From NCBI GenBank assembly GCA_963693365.1, contig CAVNZM010000002.1, positions 17,269,615-17,333,614 of the forward strand: a DNA stretch of 64,000 nt. Direction: 5' to 3'. Shown here one piece after another: positions 59,311-64,000 of this stretch. Below the pieces are notes generated by a model. That model was not told the origin of the DNA and ran no database searches. It saw only the letters and a program-made list of their open reading frames with translations. How positions within the stretch are numbered: the stretch's first letter is position 1; every line of letters begins with the position of its first letter. The position numbers were made by a program, and so were the translations under genes. This DNA comes from Amoebidium appalachense. Its lineage: Eukaryota; Protista; Ichthyosporea.

Positions 59311-60901
59311 ATACGGAATGTGAGTTCTGTGGATAGAGTACCTATGTTCACCCTTGCTTGCCTAGATCTTACACCGTGGCAGGTCCCTTTTGACTTCCTT
59401 GTTGTTGCTAAACGTGTACAAGTTGTTGTCTCGTCGTACACACACACGCATGATCACGAGTATACATGTGCACACTTGGAGACACACACGATGTATGCTT
59501 CAACACGTACACACACGAAACTTATGCACACTAGCAAGACGGACACACAAGCACACACACACAGGCAGAGGTACAAATCATGCACATACACACACGCGCA
59601 TAGTGCTTTACCCGGTTTCCTTTTTTCTGTACATATCCATCAGTTGGTGGAAGTTTGTGCTAGAGTTTATCGTGAATGAATGAATGAATACATTAACCAT
59701 AATTTTCATTTTCAATGCCCGTTCCTTGGAGGTGTAGGACCGATGGGTACACAGGTGAAACCATACCGCCGTTTTCTCTCTTGCTCTCTCCGTGAAATCT
59801 TCTGCACCCAACCTCCCTCCCCCCACTCCCGTCCCCCCTCCTCCCCCGGGAGGCACTCGTGGTCTAATGTGTAGAACATGAGCTACGAATATATCATACA
59901 TATCCGTACAGAAATATTGATGTTTTCGGTCGTCCGAATATATCATAGCTTCATAGGCTTTTTTGAAATTGGATTCGGCCCGTGGGAGCAGGAGGGGGAG
60001 GGGCGGGGGGGGGGGGGGGGGGGGGGGGGGGGTTGACCATACCTCTCCTATCCATGGATCTCTATCCAGTATAATCTAGAGAGACGGGGGTTTGGGGGGT
60101 CCCACATGTATGCTTTTTTCTTGTTCATTGGCTGTGACACACCCTCCAATGAAACCCTTGAATTCCTCTTTTGCCCACCTCTTCTTTTCCCTTGACGTAG
60201 TAAATATTGAGGTCCCCTATTGTGGTCCCTGGCTTCCCCCACAGGGGGAGGGCCGCCCCCCCACCCCCCCCCCCCTCCCTCCTCCTCCTCCACCAACACT
60301 TCCTTATTCCCTTCACTTTGAACAGCTCTTCGAATTTTGACCGGGCAGAGCTATCATGCACATTATTTGGTGCATGTGTGTGTTTGCAGCGTGCAGTCAT
60401 GTACTTGTGGGTGTGTGTATGTGTCAATACGGTGGGTATCCAATGACGTACATGTGTGTGCGCAATACATTCGGCACGTGCACTGCATCTCATTGTGATG
60501 GCCTGTGCATGTAAATTTTTTATTTTTCCCGTTTTGTCCCCGGAGGGACCCCAGCAGTGCCAGGCGCTCATAGGCTCGTCTTCTATTGGTCAGCACCGGT
60601 GCAACAACCAGCTCTGAGATAACACACTGTACCAAACCAAACTACAATGTAGCACACGTGCACACTCACTAAGTTAGCCCAGGATTTACACCCCAGCCCC
60701 GCAGGTGGGTGGCTTTGTGTAACTTAGTGCCGCATATCTGCATATGCATGTGAATGAAGTTGTCTGGACCAAAGCAATTGCAAGACTGTGCGCGATTGCA
60801 GCTCATAATATGGCATTGCACGTGTACATGTGTGCCGGAAAATTGAGGGTGTGCGCACATGCATGTATGTGTGTCTCGGTGCATGTGTGTGCTGCACGCG
60901 C

Positions 60902-60933
<32 letters not shown>

Positions 60934-60956
60934 CACTGTGGGTCTGTGTCTGTGTG

Positions 60957-60990
<34 letters not shown>

Positions 60991-61775
60991 CGCGCGCACG
61001 TGCGTGCATGCGTGTGTGCGTGCGTGCGTGTGTGTGTGTGCGCGCGCACGTGCGTCCATGCGTGCGTGCGTGCGTGCGTGACAGTGTGCGTGTGCATGTG
61101 CATGTGCGTGTGCGTGTGTGCATGTGTGTGCGTGCGTGTGTGTGTGTGTGCGCATGTGTGCACGTTCTGTGTGTGTGTGTGTCTCATGACCATCAATATT
61201 AGAAGCCATATAGATAACCTGGCACGGACATTCATGTGCCTCCTGCTACGTGGCACTGCATACATTCAATTTGATGTACTGTAACATGTGTGTTTGCATG
61301 TGTTTCTGTCGTTGGTGATGCATGGATGCATGCAATGTTTGCGCCAGAGAGATGTGGGGGGGGAGGGGAGGGAGGGGGGGGGGGGGAGTGGGATATCTAG
61401 TGAGGTTGAGAGAAAGGCGCCCAGGGGGGGGGGGGGGGGGGGGGGGGATATACGAGGACTCGGTAAGAGAGAGAAAAGGGATTGAAAAAGTGTGCCACAT
61501 GTGTGCGTACCCACCACAAACATTTGTGCCATCACGCTTTTAACATGCATATTACCCTGCGGCAATCTGTGAGCCTCGGCGTGCCCGTAAGTGTGAGTTT
61601 GTGTGTGTACGCATCTGCGTGTGTGCGCATGTGTGGATGTGTGTGTGTGCCCGTGTCACGGACGTGCGTGCCTGTGTGTACGAGTTACGGTTCTGTTTTT
61701 CCTCTGGCTAATCATGTGTGTTTGCGTGGTGCATGTGTGTGCTTGTGTGTGTGTGTGTTTGTGGTGTGCGTGTGC

Positions 61776-61850
<75 letters not shown>

Positions 61851-61946
61851 CGTGCGTGCATGTGTGTGTGTGTGTGTGTAACAGTTGCACTGTGTGTGTG
61901 TTTGTGCTCGCCGTTCATGAGGCATGCGCTTGTGTGTATGTACATT

Positions 61947-62073
<127 letters not shown>

Positions 62074-62119
62074 GCATGCGCGTGGGCGTGTGCGTAGGCT
62101 GTGCATGCTCGGGGAGAGG

Positions 62120-62151
<32 letters not shown>

Positions 62152-62771
62152 GGGGGATTGACTTTTAGTGGGCACACTGATGTATTCGAGCGAGTCAGTG
62201 AGGAGTAATAAGTAATTGTGGTCTCGGTATTGTTACAGGTATACGTATGAGATCCTGAGGGCGTAACAGTAGATAGGGGAGACACCCCTGGGCCGGCGGT
62301 TTGGTTTGGGGGTGGGGAGGAGAAGGGTTGGACTCCGAGGGGGCCCGGGGGGAAGGGGAAGGGGGGAGGGGGGAGGGGGGGAGGGGGGAGGGGGGAGAAC
62401 GCGGGGAACGCCTTAGTGGCAGGCCACTTCATGACCCTCATACTTTATATACTCAGTACAAATTATGATTATAATTAGTGGATCATGCATAGAGGGTGTC
62501 ATTGGCATCGGAAGTCCAATGATGTGACAGCCTATTTTGTTGGTCCCTCCATATGCATATATGGTGACTGTGTGCATGGTGGTGGTGGGTGTTTTTGTTT
62601 TAAATTTCCCCCTCCCCTTCCTCTCTCTCCCTTCCCTCCCCCCTCCCTACTCCCCCCCCCCCCCCCCTCCCCCCCTCCCGCCACCCCCTTCTCAGTCAAC
62701 AGCAGCCGGTGGATGGTGGTGATTCCCCTCTCCGGGCCATCCCGAAGCTGTGTGTGTGTGTGTGGGTGGGT

Positions 62772-62817
<46 letters not shown>

Positions 62818-64000
62818 TTTCCCCAAGTTTATGCTCAGCAGGATTGTATTTTCTATCCTTTTATTCTTCTGAACAGCACAAGCGCATTCAGCTAGCTAGC
62901 ACTGTGTAGAAAGATCAACAAGCGTGTGCTCAAGGCATACGGTGGCACCCCGGTGACGCATGCCATATAGCACCGTCACACTGTGCACACACAACCACTC
63001 CCTGCAGACCCGAGATCCCCTGTTTTCGGCACTCACCGGCATTATTTTCAGTCAGGCTTGTCATTTGCCCCATGCTCCTCGAGCTCCGTGCCTGCACCGG
63101 GCGTGCATGCGCGCACAACGCACCCCATTGTGCAGGCTGACTCGGCGAATTCGCCGAGTCCGAACACTGAGCAATCGATAGCACTAAATGTGACGCTGTC
63201 ATGATCAAGGGGGGAAGAGAGACAGGGGGAGGGAGGGGGGTGAAGGAGGAGGAAAGGCAGAGGGGAAGGGTGGGACGGGGGAACCTCGAGGCAAACGCAT
63301 CACGTGTGTACAGTCGCGAACTTGCTGGTGGGAAGGATCTAGATCCACACGCGTACCCACGTCCTGGCTGGATCTAGCTAGCCAATCAAACTCCTAGATA
63401 TCAAAAGCCCTTAATCTTAGTAGCCAATGAACACGCGGCTCATTTTTTAAAACCAATAGTGATTGGTGGCTTTTCAATGAGTAAACACCAATCAACATCT
63501 GACTTTGCTCTATAGCCTTATTTAGCTATTTTGGTACATTGGCATTTCGTAATGCATAGCTTTCGCAACTATCCGTGCTCCATATGTGTCGGTTCAGTGA
63601 CAAGCGCAAAAACCTCGAATGTACCAAGAACTCTGGTCCAAATTATAGTTCTATGAGTTTAAATGATCGAAAATAACAATTCTCGTTGCACACAAGAAAG
63701 TCGATCCATCGAAAATCGAGGACCTGCTGCTCTTATATGTGGACCAATCAAATAACTGTAAAATCACGAAGGTATGTGAGCCAGTCACGCAACTCTCGGC
63801 TGCGTCACCGTCAGTCGGAGGCCGCAGCTGCAGTCAGATGACAAACTTTGTGACTCGGTGAATTCGTGTTGCTTCCTCTCCAAAACTTTTCTTAAGGCTT
63901 CCATCACAGGCTTCTATTATCAGTTTTTCACCGTAGTTGCTCTTTTATATTTGCAGTTTTTCTGTTTTTGTGCCTGGGAATTCGTAGGACAGACCGTGGC

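Overview
Eukaryotic genomic DNA from an intron-rich organism that is extremely rich in microsatellites and G/C homopolymers. It is probably a unicellular opisthokont or holozoan; this is an inference from an animal-like eIF4G, a fungal-type Bmt2 and CTRAC branch points. Most supplied ORFs are translations of (GT)n/(GA)n/(G)n repeats. Genes assembled by hand from splice signals: the 5' part of ORC5 (minus strand, 4 exons, 3892->941, continuing leftwards); a complete 27-coding-exon eIF4G (10387-26541, ~1220 aa; PABP-binding motif, long ER/K helix, eIF4E-binding motif, MIF4G, MA3, no W2); tRNA-Thr(UGU); a LicD/fukutin-family type II membrane protein (5' end unresolved); an intronless type I membrane protein with ZP-module-like architecture interrupted by a single +1 G; and an intronless Bmt2 25S rRNA m1A methyltransferase. 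There are also at least six non-autonomous TIR transposons: hAT with an 8-bp TSD, PIF/Harbinger with a TTA TSD, one TTAA-flanked, two TA-flanked, and one without a clear TSD. The most unusual signal is a dispersed family of at least 9 retroelement-like 3' ends. Each ends in poly(C) rather than poly(A), several begin immediately after a poly(C) tract, three are stacked head-to-tail, and the longest carries a decayed L1/Tx1-type zinc knuckle. This is a candidate poly(C)/poly(G)-targeting LINE that may be seeding the genome's G/C tracts.
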